A stretch of 61,505 nucleotides of DNA, the filler included, from Sluysia triapertura (lineage: Eukaryota), in assembly GCA_046118255.1 (NCBI GenBank). It is 5 parts of 5 records of this genome, joined end to end, with 100 filler letters (N's around TTAATTAATTAA, not from the genome) between each part and the next. Parts side by side here need not be neighbours in the genome. Positions count along the whole stretch, not along the records: positions 35,301 to 48,208 come from JBJNIA010073388.1; positions 48,309 to 61,505 come from JBJNIA010053442.1; 3 more parts are not named here. One strand, 5' to 3'. The translations under genes and the position numbers were made by a program. This document shows, piece after piece, positions 40,700 through 52,957 of the stretch. The notes below the pieces were generated by a model that worked only from the letters and a program-made list of their open reading frames with translations, was not told the origin of the DNA and made no database searches. The stretch's first letter is position 1. Every line of letters begins with the position of its first letter.

Positions 40700-42060
40700 G
40701 GAAACGAACAAGTTGGAGAAATTAATGATGATGTCAAAGTAAACCTATCTCAAAGCTGTGTTATAGTAGGAGATTTGTCAAGAAATTCTAATCAGTTGAA
40801 AATTTTCGAGTAAAAAGTTAATTACGACAATGAACACACTATAGATTATGTAGATCGTGTTATTAAATCAACAAATAAAGAACTGGTTAATGATAGTACG
40901 TATTCAAGATTTCGTCAAATCCACATTAAACCTTCAGCAATACCAATATTAAAAAAATGGGAAATTTTCTATCATCGTGGAGCATGTTATCAGAAGTAAT
41001 ATCCTCTGGACTATTACAAAACTAGCAATAAATGAAATGAAACAACAGGACGTAATGTTTGAAGTTGCTTATTATCATAATTTGACAGCATTAAAAAAGC
41101 ATTTCGACGAATCGGAACTTTTCTATATGAAGTAAAAATGATCGGACATAGTTTCTGAAATGGAAAAGCATCACATATTTTCTAATATCGTATTTATTGT
41201 AGCTGCCAGTCAACAACTTCTAAATGATGTAGTAAAACGCTGGAATTAACAAAAATCGTTACTTGAAGACGTTTGTGATATTTTATTAGATCATTCAAAA
41301 GGAGATGGATTTCAACATTGCGTTAATTATTTACGCGATCAACAATATCAATTAGGAACTTTAAATCGCTTATCAGAAAAGGAACGCTTTCAAAAACAAT
41401 TAGGAAGTTTTCCAACTTGTGACAAATTATCATTACGAAGTTTTTACAAGATTAACTGAACTACATTTAGTGGTAAAAAATATAATTCATATTATGCAAA
41501 AGGTGAAACAGTGACAATTAAAAGAAAACAGTTTCTTGAAATTGCTAATTTGGCGAATTAAAACAAAAGCAAAAAACCATTATGGACGTTAAAACTACTG
41601 CTATTTAATTAACGAAGTCGCTGATATTTCCTGATAATATTAAAAGAATTGCATTTAGTAATATTGAATTGTTGAAGCAGGATTTATCTCAAGTTCATCG
41701 AGCTTATAAAAAAATGAAGCCAATTACTAAAAAGAAAATTATGTATCTGAAAGTTTATTTTACCACCATTACTTGCAAATAAAATAAAAATTATAGAAAA
41801 TTAATATTAATTAATCTCCTGAAGTAATTATTAAAAAAATCAATAATTCAACTACAAAATATTGTTAATCTTCATTTACGACAATTTAATAAATTTATGT
41901 TTAATCGACAACGTTCAAAAAAATCACGGCCACCAATTAAATAACCTCATTCTAATTGTACTCCTGAACCTAAAGCAAACAGGTCTCGTTCTCATGATGC
42001 TAAAATAGAACATGAAGGAATGTTAAAAAAGAAATTAAATCATGATACTTGTTTCTATTG
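40700..42060 (+). pseudogene. Intronless RhoGEF (DH domain; Ephexin/SGEF-like) pseudogene
   Basis: Frames give EMKQQDVMFEV, EKHHIFSNI, SQQLLNDV..RW, EDVCDILLDH, YLRDQQYQLGTLNRL, PTCDKLSLRSF and RLTELHLVVKNI. Multiple stops and frameshifts; no introns evident. Confidence 0.8.
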
Positions 42061-43199
42061 AATGTCTAGTTTGAGGTATGGACGTTTTATATTTTTTTTC
42101 CTGTTATTAATACCTCCACATGTTTAATATTTGTGTCAACAATTTTAGAATTGAGCTTAAAGTAAACATGTTTTTTCAATTAAAATCTTTTATATCTATT
42201 TAAAAAAAACTAAAAAGTAAAATTTCATTAATGTTTCACCATAATTTTTGTTTAATTTTATGATAAAAATAAAGAAACTTCTATTCTTAGATAAAATGAT
42301 AAATTTAAGAAAAAAAGGCATACATATTTGTAGAATATGATGTGTTTAATAAAACATTTCACCTGATAACATTGTATGTTATAAAATTTGAAGTTTTTCA
42401 TTCGTAATTTTTGATATATATATTTTTCATAAACGTTATAAATAAGTAAATGTTTAATGTCGAGACAGATAGTACTATTTTCTTGATAATGGAAAGTTTG
42501 CATTTAGATAATCACAACAAATGTTTAACTTTATCAAATTTTATAATTTTATTTTTTAAAAATATTACATTAATTTTTTCACTTTTTAATTTACTGATAA
42601 GATATAAGACATATTTATTATGATGTAAAATAAACTTAATATTTTTTAATAGTTAATATTAAACCTTTAATTTTCTATCTTATCAGTTAGTGATTCGTAG
42701 CTAGATCTAAACTAAATGAAACAATTTTGTCTAACACTATTTTTGTGACACTATATTTAACAATAATAAATATTTTATTATTTAAACAAATAACATTTTC
42801 AAATAATTTAAATATTATTTAAGGATTATTATATCTTTATTATTATTATTATTATATTAATATTATAAGTCGTTCAAGTTATTGTACACATTTTTCAACC
42901 ATTTTGATAATACCACGAATATTTGCATAATTATAACATCCTACATTGTATACATTCATTTTTACATCGAATTCACCTATTATATGAATTCTTATTTTTC
43001 TTTTTAAATCTCCATATATTATTCTCAAATCATTTTAATTATTGGTTATTAATTTTACAAAATAACTATTAAATAATAAACTAAGTTTTTTAAAATACAA
43101 CAAATCTGAAAACACAATTTCAACATTATGTATTAATTGTGGATCTCTTTGAGGCAATGGTTTTTCTAACTCTCAACCTACAGCAAAATATTTTAAACA

Positions 43200-43967
43200 T
43201 GTTTCGGTTACTGTAAACGTCATACAACGTATTGTTGGCGTCTCTGCAACTAATAAGTTAATAATTACCTTAAGAGTTACTTAATGATGAAAGGTCTAAT
43301 ACTCAGTAAGTAAGGGTTTAACTTATCGTATAACAAATGAAACCAAAAATTATAAATCCACAATTTCTATTAAAAAATGAAATAATACAAAAATTGGCTA
43401 AAAAATCGAGAAAATGATAGAATTAAGGTCAAAAAATTAAATTTAATAAAAGTTCGTTAAAGTTAAAACTAATAGTTATTATTTAACTTATAAGTAAAAG
43501 ATATTTTTTTCTGTATTTTACCCCTCATTGTATCGGAGAATACCTTACAACTTTATTAAAAATTTGGATTTAAGTAAATTTTATATTAATTTTCTTATGC
43601 AAAATAAAATAAAAATAAAATGCTCTTAACACAGAACTGGTACAGAATTCGTAGATTATCCAAAAGCTGCATCTTTAAAATAATATTAAATCCAAGATGG
43701 CGACAATTAAATTGGCGATTTGCATTATATTGATTCTAGGTCATATACTAGTCATCAGCCAATGAAAATCGATGGAATGTTCTAGAACATTCTAGAAGCT
43801 TCTAATCTATTTTTAGAAGCTAGTTTCCTTTTTAAGAAATTTTTTCTTTTTTTGGAAAATAATTATTTTTAAAGTTATTTTAAAGATTTATAAAGCACTT
43901 TAATTGATTTTTAAATAATTTTAAAGTATCTTTTGTGATTTTAATGAGTTGTAATGACAACCTAGCA
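43200..43967 (-). mobile_element. Solo-LTR-like element (about 768 bp) with a perfect six-unit HSE
   Basis: Minus strand reads TGCTAGGTTGTCATTACAAC...GACGTTTACAGTAACCGAAACA. Flanks are consistent with a 4-bp TSD (ACAT or AACA) allowing a 1-bp indel. Confidence 0.75.
43743..43802 (-). promoter_or_regulatory. Heat-shock element array, CCAAT box and TATA-like motif
   Basis: GAA-TG-TTC-TA-GAA-CA-TTC-TA-GAA-GC-TTC (43775-43802) is six alternating nGAAn pentamers. On the minus strand it is followed by ATTGG and TATAT. Confidence 0.75.
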
Positions 43968-46288
43968 ACATTATTTGTTACAATTTACATCTTGCAGTAT
44001 GTGAATGGCACTGTTTAATATTTGCGTTTGTGTACAATTGACACGAATCTTTATGTTTATTTTCTAACGATTTTATAACATTTTGCATGAGTAATAAAAT
44101 GACTTACTCTGTATGTCAAATACATTCTTTTTTAATATTAAGACTATTTAAAATTTTGTTTATTTTAAGGTTTCTGTTACTTCTCAAGCTATAAGAAGTT
44201 TTAGGATTTTCTTTCTCAATACTATTTTTCTTAGATTCAAATATTGTGCTATTAATTCAGAATTTAAATACTTAAATGCTTATCAGTCAAATCTGGTTGA
44301 GTTCTGGAGATATTTTAATTTATAAACAAACGAGAGTCAATGCACACTGAATAATAACAGTGAAATTTAACATTTAAAAAATAGTTTGTATAAATCCTGT
44401 GAAAAGGATTTGTAATAAATGATTTTGCGGTATCAGTATTAAATTATGATAAGGGAAAACTTTATTGTAGTAAAGATTTTATATTTAAAACTACGTAAAT
44501 TAATTATTAATAAAAATGAACTCTCTAACAATTTATATTGTATATTTAATAGGGTACAAATGAAAATATAAGAATTAATAAGTATATTGCGGAGAAATAT
44601 TGACTAATTCTTCAAATAATAATAATTTATTAATGATTTTTCGGGAAACTATTATAAGTTTCGAAATCAATTACAAAAATGTATTTTAAGTAGATTTTAC
44701 AGGGATATTTTTTATATCCAAAACTTAATATAATAAACTAATATAGTATTTTTTGAAAAGGAAAATTCGGTAAGTTTTATATTCAATTTTCCAAAATTTG
44801 TAAACTCTTTAAAGATTATGACACTCTTGTCCACTCTTCGTCCGAATAAAATATTTATAAAAATTGGTTGAAGTTGTCAAAAATATATTGTGTGAAATTT
44901 GTAAATTTTATGTGTATTTATACCGTATTTAACTAGCCTTGGCCAGATTAAAACAAAATATTTATTTTAACAAAAATAATTCGATTTTAAATTTTAATTT
45001 TAATTAATTTTAAAAATATTAAAGTTTATATTTAATTAATAAAATTACTCACGTTATTTTATGGCCTTTAGATCCAATTATAATAAAGCAAGAATTAATA
45101 ATTTAGGTTCAAAATTAATAATAAAAATCCAAAAATATACAATAAATCAATTAAAAATCAATAATTTTGTTACTAAAATAGTCATTATTATAATATATAA
45201 CACGCTTTAATACACAAATTAATCTTAATCATTGTACTTTGTACGTCTTCAAAAACATCAACAACTATTCAGAATAACCTACACTTAATATAACGCGTAC
45301 CTACCAATAACCAATTATCGTTTTTGTCTAAAGATTTGTTCCCGAAATTAGTTTAGTTTTTAATAAAGAGTTAATGTTTATTTTGTTATGTTTTCTTGTG
45401 TGTCAATACCCGAATAAAATCAGTAAAAGTTTCGGCAAGCCTTAAGTTCACTTTACATTACAGTTTAAAATTAACTTCAAAAATTTTAATACTATCAAAA
45501 AGTCATAGTTTGTCTAGGAGTATTACTGAATTCATAAAAATAAGTAGTGAACCGGCAAACCATAATCTTCTAGCTTCTAACTCCTAACTCATTTCCATTA
45601 TGTACATGGGCGATTCCTTTATTTTCGTCGCAGCTTTAAGTGGCTAACCAAGCAAACATAAGTAATATTCACAAAAAATGTACTAAATCTTCTAATAATA
45701 CAACTTTAACTCATCATACATTTTTTAAACAAATCCAATAACACATGCAATATGTATCTCAAGAAACATAAAAATATCTAATACCCATTACGTTTCAGCA
45801 AACACAAGCGCAAACAATCAATAAAACTAACAATGTTTAAACAGACATTCTACAAGAAATGCAAAAATGAATCAGTTTCACATCATGAAAACCATTTACA
45901 GGTTCAAGTCACCGTCCTCAGACAAAGAATACACCGTCCTCACCATTGTTACAAAAGATATTCCTACTAAACCAAGTCCACTAAGATATATTCTATGGTC
46001 CGTAAACCTGAACCTATTAAAACCGTCACTTATATATACTTAGGCCTGCAAAACAACATTCCAAGTGACAACCTCTAGAAGATAGATCAGATAATCCACC
46101 AAAAAAAACCAGTAAATTGTCAAATTATGTTTAACATAAGATGCCGCTCATATGTGATTAAAACAGTCAACCAAATCTTAAACCATTCAACAATAAGGTT
46201 ACACTTAAAAAATTCACTTTCTTGACTCAAACAATTTATGTTAAAGCCATACATAACAGAATTCGTTAAATTCATTTCATATTCATAT

Positions 46289-47992
46289 TTATATCAATGG
46301 GTTTAATACATTAAATATCATTTTATCATTACGCCTGTCATGAATTGTAAATAAAAATACATTGCAGGTCGTCAATGTCTCTCTTTTGATTTTAATACAC
46401 TTAGTCTCTTTAACTTTGTGATCTTTTAACGGTTTACTATTCTTCTTATCTTTAACTATTAATTTAAAAGATTGTATTCCTAAATTATTGATAATTTTGT
46501 TTACATTTATTTTCATAACATAATATAAAACTAATTCATTATTTAACATGAACCAAAGAAATTCAGAAGTAATTACACTAAATTCTATTAACAAAACTTT
46601 TAATGCTATAGACTCAAAAGAGAAGTAGACAGTCCTAGTATTAAGAGTTGTATCTTGTACCTTCGTTTCTCTTGTAATCCCATTGCGCTTCATTGATCCA
46701 GATGTTATGCTTGTGAACTGAAACCAATGTTAATACGTATATAAAATTAAAGCTTACATTAACGAACTGGCTATAGTAAAAATTTTTACAGACAAACTTT
46801 GTAAATTCTCTGTAGACTGCTTCATTCCTCAATAACCGACTTAGTAGTAAATTACGGAGGCAGACACATTGTTCGATTCGATGTTGATTTCGATCTTTTT
46901 TGTTATACATATTACATGGATTGGATCCTTCGCTCCTGTTAAATCTTTGATCACGATGTGGTAAATGGAATAATGCATTATTCTCTGATATTACTTGATC
47001 ACAAATATTGTAGGCAAGGTATTGTTTTGATTCGACAATTTTAGTTACTGCCACGTCAACTTCTAAATTTCTAATTATAAATCGAATGTTTTGTATCTTG
47101 AATAGATCGTTATTACTAATAGTGGCATACCATTGATCATTGGTGAGTTCCTCGTTAGAAATTTTGTCGGGTCGTATAACTTGAGAATGTATCATAGAAA
47201 CTTGTTTTAGATCTAATAGAATCTTTAATAATAGATTCACGTAACTATCCACGGTCGAAAATAAGTATGTTATATCGTTATGCCATGAATGTTCTCCGTT
47301 CATCATTTTTATTTCACGTTTAACCTTGTAGAATTATAAAGTTGTTGGAACGGCAATAAATAAGAAACGAATATTAATGACAAGGCAATTCGTTAATTTG
47401 TGAGATCGGATCAAATCTAACAATGTATTAAATAAATACGAATAATCATAAACAAGTTCGTAGTTATGACTATTTGAAATTTCTGACATGGGGTTTATAG
47501 AAGGAAATATATTCTGAATCATTATAGGTTCTTGTATCGAAAATTTTATATCTATAGATGATTCTATATGATTATAACCACTATGCGGGTTAAGGCAAGT
47601 AGGTTGTAGTTCATTATTTAACATATCGGAAGGTACAAACGACATCAAATGATTTTCTACACTATGAAACTAACATTTATTATAGAATTTCTGGAGATCG
47701 TTTCGGAGTTTATTATCATATTTAAATCACTAATAGTTGAATTAGAATGTTCTTTATTGGTGATATTAAGAATGTTATAATCACTGAGATAAGAAAATAA
47801 ATCCTGTAATATTACTTTGTTAAACGCCGAGAAGGTCTCTAGGAAATTAGCACCGATCATCAATTCAATCATTTCGCATTTAAGACGTAATTCGTTTTTC
47901 TTTTTCTTTTTTAATTGCCACGAAAGTTTTTTATTTTTAATAGTAACACAGCTTTCACTACTAATTATGAAAAATTTACATAATATTACCAT
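46289..47992 (-). CDS. Hypothetical multi-exon gene or recent pseudogene of unknown function
   Basis: Four adjacent ORFs. A canonical 40-nt intron GTAAG...TTTCAG (46757-46718) joins the 221-aa and 134-aa ORFs in frame. The other junctions are less clean. Confidence 0.5.
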
Positions 47993-49371
47993 ATTTTCAG
48001 TTCACAATTTTTGCGTGTTGTTATTGGTCATCCAATCGAGGCCTTTAAAAATTGATACATTCTAAATTAGGTCTCGATTGGATGAGATAGGTAATATTTT
48101 GATTACTAATTAATTTGAAGCCCAACTGATAACTGACCATCATCAGCGCTGACAGTCTAATGAAAAATGTGACATAGACTGTCAACACTGGTGATGGCAG
48201 TAACCAGANNNNNNNNNNNNNNNNNNNNNNNNNNNNNNNNNNNNNNNNNNNNTTAATTAATTAANNNNNNNNNNNNNNNNNNNNNNNNNNNNNNNNNNNN
48301 NNNNNNNNTTAAATTCATTTAAAACTTCAATGCTTGACGAAATATCATTTGTACAATGAATATCGCTTCTTTCATAGTTGCTTTCAAATTCGTCAACTGC
48401 AAATTTAATTTCAATATTAAATCAATAAGCATTAGAACATAATCGACTGTACCTTTTCTCAAAATGCTTGTTGAACATCATTTTTGCCTTTGTATTTGCC
48501 ATATTTACATATAGTATATTTTATTATTAGCTTACTTTTTTGAACAAACGCATTTAAGAAAAGAAAAAAAAGACATTTTTATATAAATATATTCAATTTT
48601 TGACAAAATAAATTCTTAGCTTAAAAATTAAATCATTTTCTGTTCTACTTCATTTATTGTGCGGTTTATGCTTCAAGCTAAATTCCATATAACCTAAAGT
48701 AAGTAATACTTGAATCCTAATAGAAAATGTCTCTTAGCTTTCATTATGTGTATTTCAACAAAATCTTAATCTAGATAATATAAGATAAGGATAAAAGTAA
48801 AACTTGTGATGGCAACGGTGAAGAAAAGAACTACGATGTTGTTAAATTAGAATTAGTGTTAACTAAATTGATCATAATGAATTTGATATAAATGAGTTTA
48901 TATTGAAATTTGTAATTTGTTATTTGTGTATTAAGTTATGCGTAAAGAAGTGAATTTTGAGTGTCTTTTTATGTTGGTGCTGCAATAAAGTCATTGTTAA
49001 TAGTTGAAACACCACATACATTAAATTAAATAATCAAATATTCAGTGAAATAAACAGTGATAATAATGTTGTTGATGGTTACTATCTAAGAAGCCTAAAA
49101 GTAATGAAAGCAATAAATTTGCTATGCTGATATTTTGTTGCGTTATATATTTCCAAAAATAAAAGAATGTTTTAACAAGAAAATTATATTTCTGTTTAAA
49201 AATCTATAATTATATTATATGGAAAATTATTTATATATGATAATAAAATAAGGAAGTGATAAAAGTTTTAGTTGGACTTCCTTTTTAATTTGATTCAATA
49301 TCATGGATTATTCAAACGAAAGTAGTCAACGTTTAATTTTATTAATTAAATATTGTTACATTTTATTACAG

Positions 49372-49517
49372 ATAATCCTTTTGATGTCAGCAATATTTGT
49401 TATAATCTTTTAAAAAATGTAATTCAAGATGAAGCTAATTCAATTATTTGTTTTTGCAGTGAAGACTTTCTTGGTGAATTATTTCGCATTATTTCACCAT
49501 TAAATCGACATCAAGTA

Positions 49518-49563
<46 letters not shown>

Positions 49564-52500
49564 GCAGAATAAAGAATTGGCAATCTATATATCTGATAAT
49601 TATAATGGGCTCGATTTATTTCTAGATTTAATCTGTGAATTAATACAATATGACAATTTCAAACAATTGTTCCTTCAAAATCCAAATACAATTCTAATGT
49701 TAGTCAACTTTTTAAAGTATTTATAGATCGATGACTAAAAATTCATAGTACTTTGAAGGCTTCAACTTTAATTAGATGATAATTTTCGCTTGTTCATAAG
49801 TTTTGTCGAATATATCTGAAAAATACTGGAATAATATTCAACATTTACAGTAGATTTAAAAATAAAACATTTAGGATATATTATGGTACATTATTTGACT
49901 CATTTTGACTCATTTCTTTGACTCAGAAGTAAGCGAAGGTAGAATGATTTATGTAGCAGTAATTTTTTTCATGTTTCAAATGAAAAATGGTCTACAACAA
50001 TCGATGTGAGAAGTTTTAGCACATTTTAACATATTGTTTTTATGGACACATCAAATAATAAATATTTTTATTATTTGAGTAACCAGTCTTTTCGATGTTT
50101 CCTAACAAGTACATTTTTAATAAATATATTTTGAAGTTCGTAATTTTTCTGTGTATATATGTCAAATTCGGTCATTTCATGTTAGACAATTTAATGTATT
50201 TTACATGTTTAAATTTCGGTTTTGTGTTGACAATCCTGCATTTTTATGTAAAATTTTATTTATTGAAAATAATAAGTAAATTAATGGGTGTTAAAAATAT
50301 TAATTTTTAAATTGTTTTTCAGGCCTCAATCTGCCATAAATTTATTTCGTGATATCATTAGAACAAATTTGACACAAATTGATGACACTACTGGTTGTAA
50401 TAATGACGCTTTATCAGACGAATTGTTGAATAAATTTCTATATATTTTGTGTCAATTTTATTACGGTTCTGTTGATTTGTGTAATATTGGGTTAGAAGAT
50501 ATGTACTTAGATTTGATTGCAGTGTGGAAGCAGGTTCAATTTATATTTCATTTAGATAAATGTAAAAATAATTCTAGGCTACTGAGTCTACTGAAAGATG
50601 TTCTACGCCTACTCAAAATAATTATAATAAAAATATTTTCGATACGTTTGTTTTATATTTTTTTGAATATTCTTTACTTATTATTAGCTGTTTTGTAATA
50701 ATAAGTAAAATAATTTATGTAAATAATTAAATTTTAGTTTTAAATTCAGAATATCATGGGAAGAAACAGTAGTTAACAATTTATTATTTTTGTTAAAAAC
50801 AAGTCGTACTGCAGCTATATTGGAAAAACACGGTGCATTAGTACCTTGTCTACGAAGGGTACTTGATAAAATGAAAGTCACAAAATTAGAGGTTTTATAT
50901 TAATTAATTTTACTGGAAATTTATCGTACTTATCTTAAAACTTAGCAGCACAGATCATGAGGCACGACTTATAACGTAAACTAGGCGCAATATAATCTAA
51001 ATCGACAAAACAAGTTAAATAATTTAATTATAATGATTAATTTTGATTAATTTTTAATAGAAAATAAACATCACTAAAATTTGCTCAGGCTTTTCTTGAT
51101 AAATGTAGCTGTCACACGAAGTCGATATTCGTTTCATTGAAATGTGAAATAAAAATTAAATGTTATTTTGAGTATAGAATATAAATTAATCAACTACCTA
51201 TTAAGTTTGGTTAACGTTGACTCAGTTGCTTTTTGTTTCCCCAGTTTTAAATATCAATTTACTTTTAAAAGATAGGACAGAATGCCTATCTTTTAATGAT
51301 GATTTGTCAACTGATCGTTATTTTTCAGAGATCTTTATATCAACTTAAAGATAATGACAAGAACATTTCATTTGATACCAAAACAAGTATTTCCAAGAAG
51401 GATAAACTTTTTTGTGCGAAAGATAATTATAAAAACAGTTGAATGGTATCTATCTTTCTCTCTTCAATTCGCTTACTGTAAATTCGGTAAATATGGATTT
51501 CAAGAAAGATCTAATTAGAAACGCTAGCTACCAGAAATAAATATTGAGAGGAAGACCGTTTTAAGTTGATATCAGTCATTAGTGTATCTGACCTTGCCAA
51601 AAACCCTCCATAAGTTTGTAATAGTATACAGTGGAGGTATAAAAGAACAAAGAAGACTGGATATAGGTGCAATGATTGTAATGTTTGCCCGACTGTTTCA
51701 CTTTTGGATGAATAAAAATTGCATTTCGCTCACTTTTTGATATCTTGCCAAGTATTTGATGTTCAGAAAAAGCCTGTCCAGAAAAAGTTAAATTTTGAAC
51801 TTAGAAATCTGTTATACAAAAACTCAGCTTTATTAAAGCAATTATAAACTTTTATAAAGTTTTAAAGTGCAACTTAGTTCTTTGTCATAATTGAATAAAT
51901 CATTCAGTCCTCTTAATTTTTTGTTATTCGATCTACCTTCGATAAATTAATTAATATTCTATCAGTGTAACATAATTGTGTTATTGTTCAAAAATGAATC
52001 CACATAATCTAATCTATTTTCAACACTATTTTCATTGGCCACATTTAATAATTATAAAATTCAAAAGAAATTTTAATTAAAATATTCAATAAAAGTTTAA
52101 AAAAATAGAGAAATGACTATTTTTAAATATTAGTTTTAATAAGTAATAAATTTTAATAATAAAGAAAATAATAAAAATGAGAAATTAATAGTAATTCAAT
52201 AATTTATAAATATATACGAATTTGGTTTTGGTAGTAAAAAAGTACAAAGGTTGTAAAATGTTATGTTGGTATCTTAAGGTTTGTAAAAAGATTTTGTTAG
52301 CTCGAGTGAAAGAAAAGTAGATTTTAATACTAAAACATTAAATAAAATTGAATTAAGAATTATTTAAAGGTTTTAGACAGATGAAAGAGTTGGCTCACCA
52401 AAATCTACTATAATACCTTTTTGAAATTATAAAATTGGGAGCCAATCTTTTTGCGCGGATTAATGCCCTTACAATGTATAACGTGTTTCACATATTTACA

Positions 52501-52920
52501 ATACATCACTGCAAAGTTATATTTCTAAAAATAGAATATTTATATATATCTTTAAATGTATACAGGTATCACAGCCAGTTAGTTATTCAACAGCTTTAGG
52601 TAATTTGGACCTAGTAGTGTGTCTGGCTGCTTCACTGGGTTCTTATTCTGCGATAGACATTTTAGAGGATCGTGGAGGACCTATTCGATCGTGTATTTTG
52701 GATATCTGGGCAGCGACTGAATGCGATCCAGATGATTTACCAAGACACCAAGGTCGAGTATGGCCTGTTCAAGGAATAGATACTGCAGCTTTAAAAGTAT
52801 TCATTTTAATATTAATATGTTTAAGTGTATTATTATTAGTATGTATAATTAACCATCTTTAATTAGCATTAGAATATTTTTTAAAAAATTAGAAAAATTG
52901 GCTTTGCTTTGAAACATATT

Positions 52921-52957
<37 letters not shown>

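Noticed and set aside
49353-49625. Poly-tyrosine protein
   Set aside because: The ORF reads through a (TAT)n intron of TBC1D32.
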